Part shown: piece after piece, positions 1 through 11,630 of the stretch | How positions within the stretch are numbered: the stretch's first letter is position 1 | Layout: every line of letters begins with the position of its first letter | From: a virus | Taxonomy: Duplodnaviria > Caudoviricetes | Virus record (IMG/VR): IMGVR_UViG_3300008267_000012 | Direction: 5' to 3' (one strand) | DNA length: 64,000 nt | Program-made: the position numbers and the translations under genes | The notes under the pieces: model-generated | Database searches by the model: none | What the model was told of the DNA's origin: nothing | The model's input: the letters and a program-made list of their open reading frames with translations, nothing else

Positions 1-207
1 AAATGTTACATGACCTGCAACTTTTTGTTCATAGTTTAAGTATTTAATTGGTACTGAGTTAACTTTCATTTTAGGTCTATCAACAGCGTTGACAATCCAA
101 GTATAATTACTTAAACCTAATGTATTATCAACGAAGAACAACTCAAATCTATTAGGTCTTAGTGGTTCATAATAATTGGGTACATTTCTAAATCCTGATT
201 GTGGCAT
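1..207 (-). CDS. Tail tube protein (T4 gp19-like), 5' part; runs off window start
   Basis: Manual translation from ATG at 207: MPQSGFRNVPNYYEPLRPNRFELFF...RPKMKVNSVPIKYLNYEQKVAGHVTF. The YEPxRxNRF and RP..AG pattern fits tube proteins, and it lies directly downstream of the sheath gene. Confidence 0.8.
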   Translation of the reverse strand, partial: MPQSGFRNVPNYYEPLRPNRFELFFVDNTLGLSNYTWIVNAVDRPKMKVNSVPIKYLNYEQKVAGHVTF

Positions 208-245
208 ATGTTTATCTTTTATTTAATTAGTCTTTTTTTAATTGT

Positions 246-3011
246 TTAAGCATTAAAATCAATTGCATTTGTTGATTTATTTACTACAAATGTTAAGCCA
301 ATAAACTCAACTGCACCTATTGGTAAGAGTTCAATTACAAAGTAGATTTCATTTCTATCCCTACTTTCAGCAGTATTTAAACTATTATCTAATCTAACTC
401 TGAATGTTTGTAAACCTCTATTATCTTGAATAACTTTAAGTTTAGCATTAGTTTGTGCAATAAAGCTAGTAGCCAATACATCATCATTAGGTTCAAACAA
501 ATATGTTCTAGCTTGAGAAGAAATGATTTGTTTTGCATAAAGAAGAAGTCTTCTTACATCAATTCTATCAAGTTTAGAATCGGCAATTTGTAAAGTCTTT
601 TGACCATATACGAATACTCCAGGAGTGTTGTTAGAGAATTTAACAATTGGATTTAATCTTGCAAGATATAAAACATCTCTATCAGTTTCTTTAAATGTTT
701 TTCTTACATCTCTAGCATTTGGAAGACCACCTCTATTCAAACCTGCTGTTGCAAACCAAATAAATGATGTTCTATCAGCAAGAGCCATTGCTCTTAAAAT
801 TTCACCTGTTGGTGGAATGTAAATGTTTGTATTTGAATCAGGGTCTTTTCTTCTAATGTATGGTACATAAGTAGCAGCATAAGAAGAATCAATTCCTGTT
901 GACTCTAAACTATTAGCATAATCACCTGCTACAACTGTTGGTGTAAAATTAATATTTGCATCGGGAGCATCAATAATATAAAGAGCATCTTGACGAATTT
1001 CTTCAATAATTTGAATGGTATCTTCAACAAGACTTAAATTATCTTGCCAATTTATACCAGGAGTTGAAAATAAATTAATTGCTGTTCTTTCGGTATCCTC
1101 ATAAATTTGATATGCTTCAAGATATGCATTATAATCTGATTCATCAAACTCATAAGCACCACCAGGAGCAAAATCAACACCTATTGACCTACCAACTGTA
1201 CTAGTTGCTTCATAATAAATATCCCAACCATCAAAACCACCGTAAGGAACTACAACGAATTTTCTTCTAGTAATATCATTATAATATGTACCTGTTCCAA
1301 CACTAGCAGAATTTGTTATTGAACCTGCACCTACCTCAAATTCACCAATCACTAAACCTTCAGAAACATAATTTCCTGTTGCATCTTGGTCTAAATGGAA
1401 ACCTTTTGATTTAACTGCTGCTTCTCCACCAAATGTGATTGCACCACCATAATATTTAAATAAATCATCATTAATTGATAATCCTTTTGTTGCTGGTGTA
1501 TCAAACGCTTTTTCAGAAATACCTAAGTATGTTTTTAGTGGTTTATCTGTTCCAGAATAACTAGTTTTATAAACCATTAATGGTGTTACTGCTGTATAAG
1601 CATTAGCCATTGTACTATTATCAAATAATGGTAACTCATAACCTTCAAATCCACAAGGAATTGAACTACTAGGTGCTGTTACATTAACATTTACATAAAT
1701 ATACATTGATTTAGCATCCTCTAAGAATGTATCTGTATTATCACTATAAACACCACCAATTCTTCTCATAACAAAGTTATTACTATTTGGATTCATATTA
1801 CATCTTCCAAATCTTTCAAGAGTTGAAGGGTTAGAATCGGTATCATTATAATCTCTTACAACAACATCAAATTCTTTAGTTGTTGGATTAATATTTTCAA
1901 TTGCAATTTTTACTTCTTTATTTGCTGAATCACCATCCGAATAAGAGATAACTTTAAATAATCTAGATATTTTATTACCATTTATTTCAGAAACAATCCA
2001 AGGTGTTTCAGGATTTGTATATGTATTGTCATATGTATCAAAACCACTATTTTGATTAATATGAATAATATCTTTAACATGGTAAATTAAATTATCTCCA
2101 TCTAATTTTCTAATCAAATCAGGATATGCAGCCTCACAATATAGTGATGCTTTAGTATCAGTAACTTTTCTACCCATTGCTTTAGTAATAAAGCTTGAGG
2201 AAGTCACATCTAAGTTAAAGTTTAATACTTCTAAACCACCAACATCAGTACCTGCACTTAAAGTAAAATTACCCAAAGGGTTACCAATTGTATTTGAAAA
2301 ATCTCCTGTTATACCTGTAATTCTAAAATCACCACCACCTGTAGTAAGTGAACCACCATTTTGTCCTGGTCTACTTCTCAATAAAGCAACAACCATGTTT
2401 TCATATTTAGGGTCAGTATCTGCTGTATATGTAAATGCAGTATATAATGTAAATCCTGTGGTTGCTGAAGCAGTATAAACAGTTACATCTAAATAAAGTA
2501 ATGTTCCTAAAAACATATTACCTGTTTTTGTAAGTGTAAAAGCTGTTGAATTATCAAAAGGACCTGTAGCATCAACAGCAATACTAATACCTGATAATGT
2601 AAATGTGCTACTACTAAAAAATGTAGAAGCAGTTTCAATATATGTACTAGAAAGTCCACTTGATATAGGACCACTACCAACAGTAATTGCCCAAGCAGGA
2701 CCTGCATCATAACCTGATTTTCCAAGGATTCTAGTATAATAAAGTTGATTACCTTCTTCTAAAAATGCATTTGCATATGTTGGTCCTAAATATTTAAGTT
2801 TTGAACTTCCTGGATATTTTTCAGTAGAAGTACCACCAAAATATTTTCTAAATGCAGATTTATCTGTAATTAAAATTGGTGAAAAGGCAGGACCTTTTAA
2901 TGCCTCACCAGCCATACCAACTGAGGTGATGCCTAATGATGGGGTTGAAGCGAAACTTCTGTCAACTTCTTGGAATTTAACGCTAGGTGATTTAAAATTA
3001 AAATTTGCCAT
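246..3011 (-). CDS. Contractile tail sheath protein (gp18-like)
   Basis: N-terminal SPSVKFQEVDRS, G.A.KGPAF.PILI; C-terminal GQKTLQ...LDRIDVRRLL...FEPND sheath motifs; 921 aa. Confidence 0.93.
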   Translation of the reverse strand: MANFNFKSPSVKFQEVDRSFASTPSLGITSVGMAGEALKGPAFSPILITDKSAFRKYFGGTSTEKYPGSSKLKYLGPTYANAFLEEGNQLYYTRILGKSGYDAGPAWAITVGSGPISSGLSSTYIETASTFFSSSTFTLSGISIAVDATGPFDNSTAFTLTKTGNMFLGTLLYLDVTVYTASATTGFTLYTAFTYTADTDPKYENMVVALLRSRPGQNGGSLTTGGGDFRITGITGDFSNTIGNPLGNFTLSAGTDVGGLEVLNFNLDVTSSSFITKAMGRKVTDTKASLYCEAAYPDLIRKLDGDNLIYHVKDIIHINQNSGFDTYDNTYTNPETPWIVSEINGNKISRLFKVISYSDGDSANKEVKIAIENINPTTKEFDVVVRDYNDTDSNPSTLERFGRCNMNPNSNNFVMRRIGGVYSDNTDTFLEDAKSMYIYVNVNVTAPSSSIPCGFEGYELPLFDNSTMANAYTAVTPLMVYKTSYSGTDKPLKTYLGISEKAFDTPATKGLSINDDLFKYYGGAITFGGEAAVKSKGFHLDQDATGNYVSEGLVIGEFEVGAGSITNSASVGTGTYYNDITRRKFVVVPYGGFDGWDIYYEATSTVGRSIGVDFAPGGAYEFDESDYNAYLEAYQIYEDTERTAINLFSTPGINWQDNLSLVEDTIQIIEEIRQDALYIIDAPDANINFTPTVVAGDYANSLESTGIDSSYAATYVPYIRRKDPDSNTNIYIPPTGEILRAMALADRTSFIWFATAGLNRGGLPNARDVRKTFKETDRDVLYLARLNPIVKFSNNTPGVFVYGQKTLQIADSKLDRIDVRRLLLYAKQIISSQARTYLFEPNDDVLATSFIAQTNAKLKVIQDNRGLQTFRVRLDNSLNTAESRDRNEIYFVIELLPIGAVEFIGLTFVVNKSTNAIDFNA

Positions 3012-3051
3012 TTTATAATAGTTTATTATAAATAGTTTTTAATTTCAAACT

Positions 3052-4005
3052 TTAGTTAATTTTAATGTTTTTAGCTAATAAATTTTGAATATCTCTTAAT
3101 TGTGCTTCAAGTGCAACTACACTTTCTACTTTAACAGGTGTAGCACCTGGATGTTGATGAATATGGTTAAGAAATGCATTTGTTAATATTTGAAGATACT
3201 TAACGGTTAATTCACCATATAACATTGATTGAGAATTTTCTCTTAAATCTTTAATATCTTCATTTGTTAATATTTTTTTGAATCTATATCTACCTTTATG
3301 AGATATTAAAAATATTTCATTACTTGCTGTTAACCCATAAGATGTATTTTCATCAATCAATTCTAAAATAGAATATGATGGATTTAAAAAATTTTGTTGT
3401 GTGGGTATATTTTTTTTATGTTTACCTGCTCTTATAATTACTTTATCTTTGGATTGAATAATATCTGTATTATTTCTACCAACAATAGTTACATTATCTA
3501 AATCACTTTCAGGTTTTGTTGCAAGTGATGAATCTACAGGAAATATATCTTTTTCACTTTCTTTTTTTGGTTGAGATTTTTTTTGTAATGGGTCATATGT
3601 TAAATTTTTTGTTATTGGAACATCAAAATCAACTGTTGAACCACCTGGTATATCATGATTATCATTTTTTACATATTCATAATTTGAAATTATTGGACCA
3701 ATCCAAAACCTATTTGCATAAAAACTATTTGCATATTTTTTATCACTATCAGCCAATACAACCAATACCGCTTCACCAACTTTTGGCATAATATGTACTA
3801 TTCTTGACATTAAAGGATAGGCAAATGGAATATCAGGGTCATCCGTACTTGGACTATCAATACCATCTATAAAAACTTTAATTCTACCAACATTTAAAGT
3901 GTCATCAACATTAATGACTTTAGCCATATAAATATTTTTATTAAACCCAATAGGCACATTAGTGCCTCTTGATTCACTTTGATGGTCTTTTAAAAAATTT
4001 ATCAT
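3052..4005 (-). CDS. Baseplate hub/spike protein (gp5/Vgr OB-fold-like)
   Basis: YMAKVINVDDTLNVGRIKVFIDGID OB-fold signature; C-terminal HIH motif typical of spike tips. Confidence 0.75.
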   Translation of the reverse strand: MINFLKDHQSESRGTNVPIGFNKNIYMAKVINVDDTLNVGRIKVFIDGIDSPSTDDPDIPFAYPLMSRIVHIMPKVGEAVLVVLADSDKKYANSFYANRFWIGPIISNYEYVKNDNHDIPGGSTVDFDVPITKNLTYDPLQKKSQPKKESEKDIFPVDSSLATKPESDLDNVTIVGRNNTDIIQSKDKVIIRAGKHKKNIPTQQNFLNPSYSILELIDENTSYGLTASNEIFLISHKGRYRFKKILTNEDIKDLRENSQSMLYGELTVKYLQILTNAFLNHIHQHPGATPVKVESVVALEAQLRDIQNLLAKNIKIN

Positions 4006-7000
4006 ACAGGTAATCTAACTTTAATTGTATCACTATAGGTTGTTGATGTAAACCCTATATTATTTATTGTTGTAAAATATTTTTCAGATTTTATTCTGTA
4101 AAAATAAGTTCCTCCAGGTGTTAATGGTGTAAGTGACCATGTTAAATCTTGACTAAAATCATAAGTATTATATAAATAACTAGTATTAATTGAATATAAA
4201 CTATTGCCTGTCAATCCTGTATTTGGTAAATCATAAAATTGATGCGTAAAATTACCTGTTACATTTGATGGTATTAATGAATTAATTCTCCAAAACATTG
4301 CATATGACGAACCACCTGTTAGATTTATAACATCAGTACCTAGACTAGGTGTAAAATAAACAACTGAAATTACATCACCATCTAAAAGAACAACATCACT
4401 ATCTAAAACTATATTTTGAGAATTAAAAACTGAAATTGTATAATCAGGGCCATTTGTCAACATAACACCATTTATATATACAACAACATCAGAATTATTT
4501 ATTGCTCTACCATAATTTAAATTAACCGTGTAATTCAAACCATTAGATGTAATATTTGGTGAACCACTATATTGAAAATTTTCTTTTATTAATTTTTGAT
4601 TATTTGCTGTATTTTTATAATATGCAACTGTAAGTACGTCACCATAGTCTGATGTCAATGGTTCACTTAATACAAAACTTCTTACTCGTATTGAAGGTAT
4701 ATTTATTGAAGTATCAGCACTATACTCAAGTCCTTCTAATAAAGTTACACCATTAGCTGCAACAACAATATCACCAACAGGTTCATTTATTAAATTAAAT
4801 TTAGTAAATCCTGTATCATTAACAGGAATTGTTTCAACTACTAAACCATCAGTTTCAATAGAAACAGGGAATGTAAATAAAGGTTTTTCCGCATCACAAG
4901 TGGAAACAAAATAATAATCACTTAATGTATTATAATTTCTGAATAATGGTGTATATTCTGTATTTGATAAAAGTGTTGAAACGCTTGAACCTGTAGATAA
5001 ACTAAATTTAGTAGGGTCAAAAAATCTTTCAGTTTGTGGATTATTATAAAGAATAGAGTAATCATTATAAACAAAATTTTCATACATTGTATATGGTGTT
5101 TTTGCAGTAAATATTAACCCTTCTTGAGGGCAAACATCATATTTAAAGTATGGTTTTATTATATATTCAGTATCACATGTTAATAAAGAATCTGATATTA
5201 GTGTTGTTATTTCTGTTGTTGACGTAAACGAAGAAGATAAAGCACTAAATGTATATACAGGTGTGTCAGAAAAACCATCAAAACTTGGTGTATAATCATA
5301 ATTATGTAAATTAAAATAAAATACTGTTGATGATGCTGATAAAGTTTCTGTTCCTGATGTAAAATTAAAAGAGACAGTATGACCTGTTCCTATTTCTTTA
5401 TTATATAAGGAATTATTTGTTAAACTTGATAATTCTATTTTGGTTGCACCTGTTATATTAAATGAAGGGTTTTCATTATCACATACAAGACCATCCCAAG
5501 TAGGTTCAATATTTTTAGCCCTATAAACATATGCAAATGGGTCGGTATCAATATTACCTGAATTACTACTTTTAACTTCTGTAGTAATTGTTGCAACACT
5601 TAAACTATCTTCATATGTATCAAATAATTCTGTTTGAATTATAATAACATTTTGTTGTTTTAGTTGTTCACTATCTTTAACACTACCTTCAAACTCAGAA
5701 CCATCATCAATACCTTGTTTATAAACATATTTTTGAGGTGTGAATTCAGTATTTCTAATTTTAATTAAACCATCGTAAATTGTAGTTGCAGGTATAAACT
5801 GTTCCACAAAAACAGTAAATATAGCATCAATATTACTTACAAAATCATATAATGGTCTATATGTTTTTTTATTAGTTGATAGTGGACTTTCTAAATAATC
5901 ATAATAGAGTTTTGTTAACGATGGATAATATGAACCAATTGCAGAATCACTAACTTTTCTATTTTGTGCATTAATAAATGAAGAATAAACTCTATCTATA
6001 TATTCAGCAAATGTTAGACCTGATACTAAAAAATTATTTGATTCTCTTTGAGGGTATGGTATTGTACTTCCTGTATCAATTACAGGATAATTAAATTGAA
6101 CATTAAATTGATATACATCATATTCAATTGCTCTAGCTATATCAATACCAATATCAATTTCTTTTGTATTTATAATTAATCTAGAATCATTAGACTTATA
6201 TCTCGTATTTCTATTAACAGATGAATATGTTGTTGCTGTTTCAACATAAACCCAAGATTTTTTATTATCAATAGTTTTAGTAACAGCAAAACCTTCTTTT
6301 CTAAAAATATCAATATATTTTTGACCAAAATCTTCATTTCCATCAACTTGGAAAAACTCTAAATCATATGGAGATGGTGCAGCAGGATATCCATTTTCAT
6401 CATATGGTGGTCTAGCAATTAATCCTGTTGAATTATCGGATTCCGTAATTGAAAATGTTTTACCAATAGGTGCATCAACAACATAAACATGTTCAGTAAG
6501 GTCAACTAAAGATTCAGGTGCGCCAATAAAAGCAAATATAGTTTCAATAGCGGTTCTTGTTCCTTTTGATTTTAAGAAAAATGCTGTGTTATTAACAATT
6601 CTTCTCCATAACTCAATATCAATTTCAGCAAGTGATGCTGATACATCTGTATCATTGGTTTTATCTGTTTTAAAAATACTTTTTACTAAATCTTTATCAT
6701 TAATAATATTTTGTGCTTTCCAAGATAATGTTCTTGCTAAATTCTTAATTAATGTATCAGGTATATTATTAATCTTATCATATGATACTGTATTAATGTG
6801 CATTAAGGAATCAAAAAACATTTTGATTTCATCAATTTTATTACCATAAATTTTTAATATGGATTCCGTTTTAAAAGAATCAGTACCATCAAAATCAATT
6901 AAAGAATTTGGTGTAAATTTTCTAATGATAAGATTTGATTTATAATCATCATATAAATTAGCAATTTCAAATACTTTATCTAAAAAAGTAATATATCTTA

Positions 7001-7907
7001 TTGATATAGTATCTAAATTATAACCATCAAAAGCTAATGGAAAATTTAATGTATAATCAATAAATTCTAATTCATCATCCTCATTAACTTGAGGAATTTT
7101 AAATTGAAATGTATATTTAGGTGTCGTATCTCTATTTAAAAAATATCTCTCAAGTTCATTTAGACTACCATAAAATTTATTAAACTCAATATCATTTGGT
7201 GTAATTAAAAATCTGTCACTAATATTTTGCGGTGTAGAATTACCAGAAAATGGATTACCATCTATTATTAAATATAAATAAGATGAGTTTGTATTACTTA
7301 TACCTGTAAATCCTTCTATTCCATATATTATACCATTATATGTTAAAACGTAATCATTAAATCTTACAGGAATATTATATAAATCCCTTGATTCCAATAA
7401 TTTATTTGCGGATAAGTTTAAAAAGAACGGATTCTCAATAACATTTATTGGAATTCTAAAAGATGAAATATTTGTACTATCATCATATGTATAATCCAAT
7501 ACATTGTAATATGTTACACCACTTACAAAATCATTTATATGTAAACCACCAGGAAATTTATTAATAATATTATTAATAGTTATTCTAAATTTTTCCTTTA
7601 GTGAACCATAAACAGCATGTGCGGATAAATTAGTTTTATCAATATTTAATTTTAATTTATCAGCAATTTTAATGTAACTGTTAAGTTCATTAATATTGTA
7701 AATTTTTAAATCGCTAAGTGTGACATTTCTTCTCGTTATTAATAATTTCTTATCTCTTTTTATTGTGTTAGAGATAGAAAAACTTGTTGACAAATCAATT
7801 CCACCATTAAAAATGGTAGTTGAATAACTATCATTAAATGTTGAAAATGATGGTAATGAATATTTGTTTACAGGCTCATTCCCAATATATTTTATCTTTT
7901 TTGCCAC
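4002..7907 (-). CDS. Large baseplate wedge/tail structural protein (GTG start)
   Basis: 1301 aa; LKSKGTRTAIETIF motif resembles wedge/tail-I family; beta-rich Ig-like C-terminus; tail gene context. Confidence 0.6.
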   Translation of the reverse strand: MAKKIKYIGNEPVNKYSLPSFSTFNDSYSTTIFNGGIDLSTSFSISNTIKRDKKLLITRRNVTLSDLKIYNINELNSYIKIADKLKLNIDKTNLSAHAVYGSLKEKFRITINNIINKFPGGLHINDFVSGVTYYNVLDYTYDDSTNISSFRIPINVIENPFFLNLSANKLLESRDLYNIPVRFNDYVLTYNGIIYGIEGFTGISNTNSSYLYLIIDGNPFSGNSTPQNISDRFLITPNDIEFNKFYGSLNELERYFLNRDTTPKYTFQFKIPQVNEDDELEFIDYTLNFPLAFDGYNLDTISIRYITFLDKVFEIANLYDDYKSNLIIRKFTPNSLIDFDGTDSFKTESILKIYGNKIDEIKMFFDSLMHINTVSYDKINNIPDTLIKNLARTLSWKAQNIINDKDLVKSIFKTDKTNDTDVSASLAEIDIELWRRIVNNTAFFLKSKGTRTAIETIFAFIGAPESLVDLTEHVYVVDAPIGKTFSITESDNSTGLIARPPYDENGYPAAPSPYDLEFFQVDGNEDFGQKYIDIFRKEGFAVTKTIDNKKSWVYVETATTYSSVNRNTRYKSNDSRLIINTKEIDIGIDIARAIEYDVYQFNVQFNYPVIDTGSTIPYPQRESNNFLVSGLTFAEYIDRVYSSFINAQNRKVSDSAIGSYYPSLTKLYYDYLESPLSTNKKTYRPLYDFVSNIDAIFTVFVEQFIPATTIYDGLIKIRNTEFTPQKYVYKQGIDDGSEFEGSVKDSEQLKQQNVIIIQTELFDTYEDSLSVATITTEVKSSNSGNIDTDPFAYVYRAKNIEPTWDGLVCDNENPSFNITGATKIELSSLTNNSLYNKEIGTGHTVSFNFTSGTETLSASSTVFYFNLHNYDYTPSFDGFSDTPVYTFSALSSSFTSTTEITTLISDSLLTCDTEYIIKPYFKYDVCPQEGLIFTAKTPYTMYENFVYNDYSILYNNPQTERFFDPTKFSLSTGSSVSTLLSNTEYTPLFRNYNTLSDYYFVSTCDAEKPLFTFPVSIETDGLVVETIPVNDTGFTKFNLINEPVGDIVVAANGVTLLEGLEYSADTSINIPSIRVRSFVLSEPLTSDYGDVLTVAYYKNTANNQKLIKENFQYSGSPNITSNGLNYTVNLNYGRAINNSDVVVYINGVMLTNGPDYTISVFNSQNIVLDSDVVLLDGDVISVVYFTPSLGTDVINLTGGSSYAMFWRINSLIPSNVTGNFTHQFYDLPNTGLTGNSLYSINTSYLYNTYDFSQDLTWSLTPLTPGGTYFYRIKSEKYFTTINNIGFTSTTYSDTIKVRLPV

Positions 7908-7932
7908 TTAAATGTATTTTATATAAATAGTT

Positions 7933-10116
7933 ATGAACTATTTATTAAAAACTATCATGAGAAATTTAAATTTCTTAAATTCAAATAACAGTAACCACAA
8001 ATCTTTAAGAGTAAGAACAAATATGGGTGACACTTTTCTTAGTGTTAATCTTGACCAAACTTATGAATCTTTAGATATTTTATCTTTAAAAATATATCAA
8101 AAAGATGTTTATAGATTATTTGATGCTGATTATTCTGTTATTGTTGGTAGAGTTACAGGACAAGATGTTGGTATACCAAATGCTAGAATATCAGTTTTTA
8201 TTGAGACAGATGAAGATACTATTATTGGACCGACAAATATTGATGATATTAAAAAAATAGAAGCAGCAGCAATCTATCCTTACAAGACAGTTTTTGATAA
8301 AGATGGTAATGGTAAAATTTATAATCTATTACCCAAATATTCAAGAAACAGAGGTTTTAATGGTTATCCTGCAAATGAAAATGGTATTGGCGCAACACCA
8401 AAAACACCTGTTGGAACACTTCCTGAAAAAGAAGAAATTTTATCAAATGAAACGCTTGCATATGTTTATGAAAAATATTATAAGTTTTCAACATTTACAA
8501 ATGAAAGTGGTGATTATATATTAGTTGTTCCTTCTAATAGGACATATACTGTTAATATGTCTTGTGATATTACAGATATTGGTAAATTTTCAACAACTGC
8601 TGCTTTGTTAAAAGCTGAAGGAGGATTACCAGATTTTTATTTCATGGATGATAATGGTGTTCCAAGTATTAATCCTGAAATACCTTTAGAAAGATTACCA
8701 AATATTGATATACAAAATCAAACCATTTATACTAAACCATTATGGTCACAAAATCCCGATAACAATAATGTTGGTATTAATAGATTAGATTTTAAACTTC
8801 AAAAAAAGATACAACCATTTACTACTGTAATTGGTAATTTTTTTACACAAGCTAAAAATCGTTGGTGGACAAGACCTACCCTTTCAAATACTAATGAAGG
8901 TCAAACAAGAAATGGAGGTGATGATATTAAAATAAATACACATGCCAAAGGGTCATTAAGTATTAGAATTTTCACACTCAAAAATACTGTATTAGAATCA
9001 CATGCAAGTGCTGGGTCTTATGGACCTTATGATGTTAATCAAGATATTGAATTATTACAACAAAGCAAATATCAATTTTTTCAAAATAATGGAAACGCAT
9101 TAATTACAATTACTTGTAATAGAAATAAAGTTGTGACAAATGAATTTGGTGAAATAGTTTCTGTGGCAGATGATAATGAAACAGGTGCATTTACTTCTTT
9201 TAGAGGTTATTTTTTTGTTAATAATAACGAACCTATTGATAATCCACCTGGTGGTGAACAAGCAAATAAAATAGTTCTTAGGATACCACATCTCAGATAT
9301 TATGGCGCATATGATGTATCTAATAGTTATAAACATTTAATATTTTCACATTATAAATTTGATTACGGTGAAATATATAGTTGGGCGCAAAAAAATACAG
9401 TAAAAGCAGTAACACGACCACCAGAAGATGAATATGATGGTGAGCAAACAAATATATTATATTTTGGTGAAAATGGTTTTGGAAATATATCTAGAAGTTC
9501 TTATTTAAATAAATATCCAAATGCTAACTATAGTAATAGTTATGGGCAAGGTCAATCATATTTAAATTTTTATAACCATTTAAAAGAAGGAACTTCAGCC
9601 GATGCATCAACAGGTAATGGCAATAATAACGCAAGATTAATTTTTGCAATTAAAAATCAATGGATGAATTTTTCTATATATTTTATAAATTTTGAATATA
9701 GACAGGATGCATCACTTATTTATCCAATTCGTGTAGATTCAGATATTGTTCCTGAAACTGATGCTGATGTAAATTTTTTAGACCACAATACTATGCCATT
9801 AGGTGGGGGTCAATATGATAGTAGATTTTTAGCAAATGGAGTGACAATAAATACAACTTTTTTTAAAGTTGATAAAGAAGACTTATTTAAATTTGCAGAT
9901 TATAGAATTAATAATGTAACTCAGCTTGGATTTAGAATACCCAAATCTCAACTAAAAGGTAGTTACCCTAGATATAATAATAGTAATTATGGTCTTAGTG
10001 GTACACAAACACCATCTTGGTTAAATCAAGATAATGGTGATGATGTAAGTGAAAGATATTTTTTAATAGGACAAATGAATAACAATTGCATTCAGTATTT
10101 ATTCAGTTATTTATAA
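7933..10116 (+). CDS. Putative virion structural protein (baseplate/tail region)
   Basis: 727-aa ORF; Ig/carboxypeptidase-regulatory-like segment (VIVGRVTG..VGIPNARISVFI, TNESGDYIL); structural neighbourhood. Confidence 0.5.
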   Translation: MNYLLKTIMRNLNFLNSNNSNHKSLRVRTNMGDTFLSVNLDQTYESLDILSLKIYQKDVYRLFDADYSVIVGRVTGQDVGIPNARISVFIETDEDTIIGPTNIDDIKKIEAAAIYPYKTVFDKDGNGKIYNLLPKYSRNRGFNGYPANENGIGATPKTPVGTLPEKEEILSNETLAYVYEKYYKFSTFTNESGDYILVVPSNRTYTVNMSCDITDIGKFSTTAALLKAEGGLPDFYFMDDNGVPSINPEIPLERLPNIDIQNQTIYTKPLWSQNPDNNNVGINRLDFKLQKKIQPFTTVIGNFFTQAKNRWWTRPTLSNTNEGQTRNGGDDIKINTHAKGSLSIRIFTLKNTVLESHASAGSYGPYDVNQDIELLQQSKYQFFQNNGNALITITCNRNKVVTNEFGEIVSVADDNETGAFTSFRGYFFVNNNEPIDNPPGGEQANKIVLRIPHLRYYGAYDVSNSYKHLIFSHYKFDYGEIYSWAQKNTVKAVTRPPEDEYDGEQTNILYFGENGFGNISRSSYLNKYPNANYSNSYGQGQSYLNFYNHLKEGTSADASTGNGNNNARLIFAIKNQWMNFSIYFINFEYRQDASLIYPIRVDSDIVPETDADVNFLDHNTMPLGGGQYDSRFLANGVTINTTFFKVDKEDLFKFADYRINNVTQLGFRIPKSQLKGSYPRYNNSNYGLSGTQTPSWLNQDNGDDVSERYFLIGQMNNNCIQYLFSYL

Positions 10117-11630
10117 TGGAAAATATAAAACCAAATAAACGACACTTACTTGCAACTGATGCTAATTTAAATATAAATTTAGCATTAAAGAACACACATA
10201 AAGAAATAGATGAATTCAATAATAGTAAAGTTGTATCTTTATCTGAATTATCCGTAGAAGAAAGGAATAATTCTTCAAATTTTAGAATATATGGTAACAT
10301 AAATTATTTATCTTTTTTAAGAAATAAAAAAATTGGATATACTATATCAAATCAACTTGGTAGTGTATATTATCCAAATGATATATTAGGTGGGATTGAA
10401 AATTTATTTACAGAAAGTTTTTCAAATATTAGTTTTAATTTAGAAGAATTTTTTGATATCAGAATTTTTAGACTAAAAGAAGTACAAGATATTACAGGAG
10501 ATACATATATAGAAAAATTAGAAGTTGTATCAAACCCATCAGATTATGTTTTAACATATTTTTCATATTCAAAAAATATTTATAATGAAAGAAATTATCA
10601 TTTTAAAATTAACACTTTAGAATTAGACCCATACAAATTAATATCACTTTCATCCCAAACAGGTAATGATGTGGTATATGATAATAAAGTTTATTTAGGT
10701 TTTATACCTAAAGTTGATTTAAATATGGGAACATATGAAAAATTATTTTATAATAGTGAGTATATTAATGAAATAGATTTAAATAGTGAATTTAATTATT
10801 CAGCAGTTTCATTTACAGATGCACAAATTGATTTAATTAATCAAGGAAGTTATTTTTTTACAAGGGATGATATTAAAAAATATTTATTACCAAAATTAAA
10901 TAATTTATTTAGAATTTATAATTTACAAGTTAATGATTATAATATAAATTTAAATTTAAGATTTATTAAAAACTATCTTAATATCGGAAATGGTGATTAT
11001 AATAAAAAGGGAGCAAATGTTCATATAAAGTCATTTAATTCATCAACAAGAGATTTAACAAATATACAAGGAAATCTAATAAAATTTGATAGAGAAAATT
11101 ATACATTTAATGAAATACTAAAAAAAGAATATACAATACAAATTACAATATTTGATTATCCACCAACAAATAATCAAAGTAGTTTTGATGCATATTTAAA
11201 TGAAAATTATAGTGCATATTCATACAGTACTGATGGTGGTTCATATATAAGAGTTGGGTTTTGGTTTATATTTAAACCATTCCATGAAATTGAATTAAAG
11301 AAATTTAGTCAATTTTTAAATGAGGTTGATGTTACAAACACAAATACAATAATTGGGGAAAATGCTATTATTAATAATGGAAAATATGTATGGAGAGACA
11401 TATTAACATATGGTGACCCTGATAATTATGATAGACCGTTTATAAACAATAATCACTATGTTTTTGAAGATATTTTATTTTATCTTAAACCTGATTTATC
11501 AGATAAAAATACAACAGTTTTAGTTAATGAATTCTTATCTAATACTAGAGATAGAGGATTTCTTTTTGATAAAGATAGTTTGAAACCAAGACAAATAAAA
11601 AGAGAAGGATGTACAATTACAATATTTTAA
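10116..11630 (+). CDS. Putative virion structural protein
   Basis: Long ORF; the likely start is ATG 10116, overlapping the upstream TAA (TAATG), rather than 10086. Confidence 0.5.
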   Translation: MENIKPNKRHLLATDANLNINLALKNTHKEIDEFNNSKVVSLSELSVEERNNSSNFRIYGNINYLSFLRNKKIGYTISNQLGSVYYPNDILGGIENLFTESFSNISFNLEEFFDIRIFRLKEVQDITGDTYIEKLEVVSNPSDYVLTYFSYSKNIYNERNYHFKINTLELDPYKLISLSSQTGNDVVYDNKVYLGFIPKVDLNMGTYEKLFYNSEYINEIDLNSEFNYSAVSFTDAQIDLINQGSYFFTRDDIKKYLLPKLNNLFRIYNLQVNDYNINLNLRFIKNYLNIGNGDYNKKGANVHIKSFNSSTRDLTNIQGNLIKFDRENYTFNEILKKEYTIQITIFDYPPTNNQSSFDAYLNENYSAYSYSTDGGSYIRVGFWFIFKPFHEIELKKFSQFLNEVDVTNTNTIIGENAIINNGKYVWRDILTYGDPDNYDRPFINNNHYVFEDILFYLKPDLSDKNTTVLVNEFLSNTRDRGFLFDKDSLKPRQIKREGCTITIF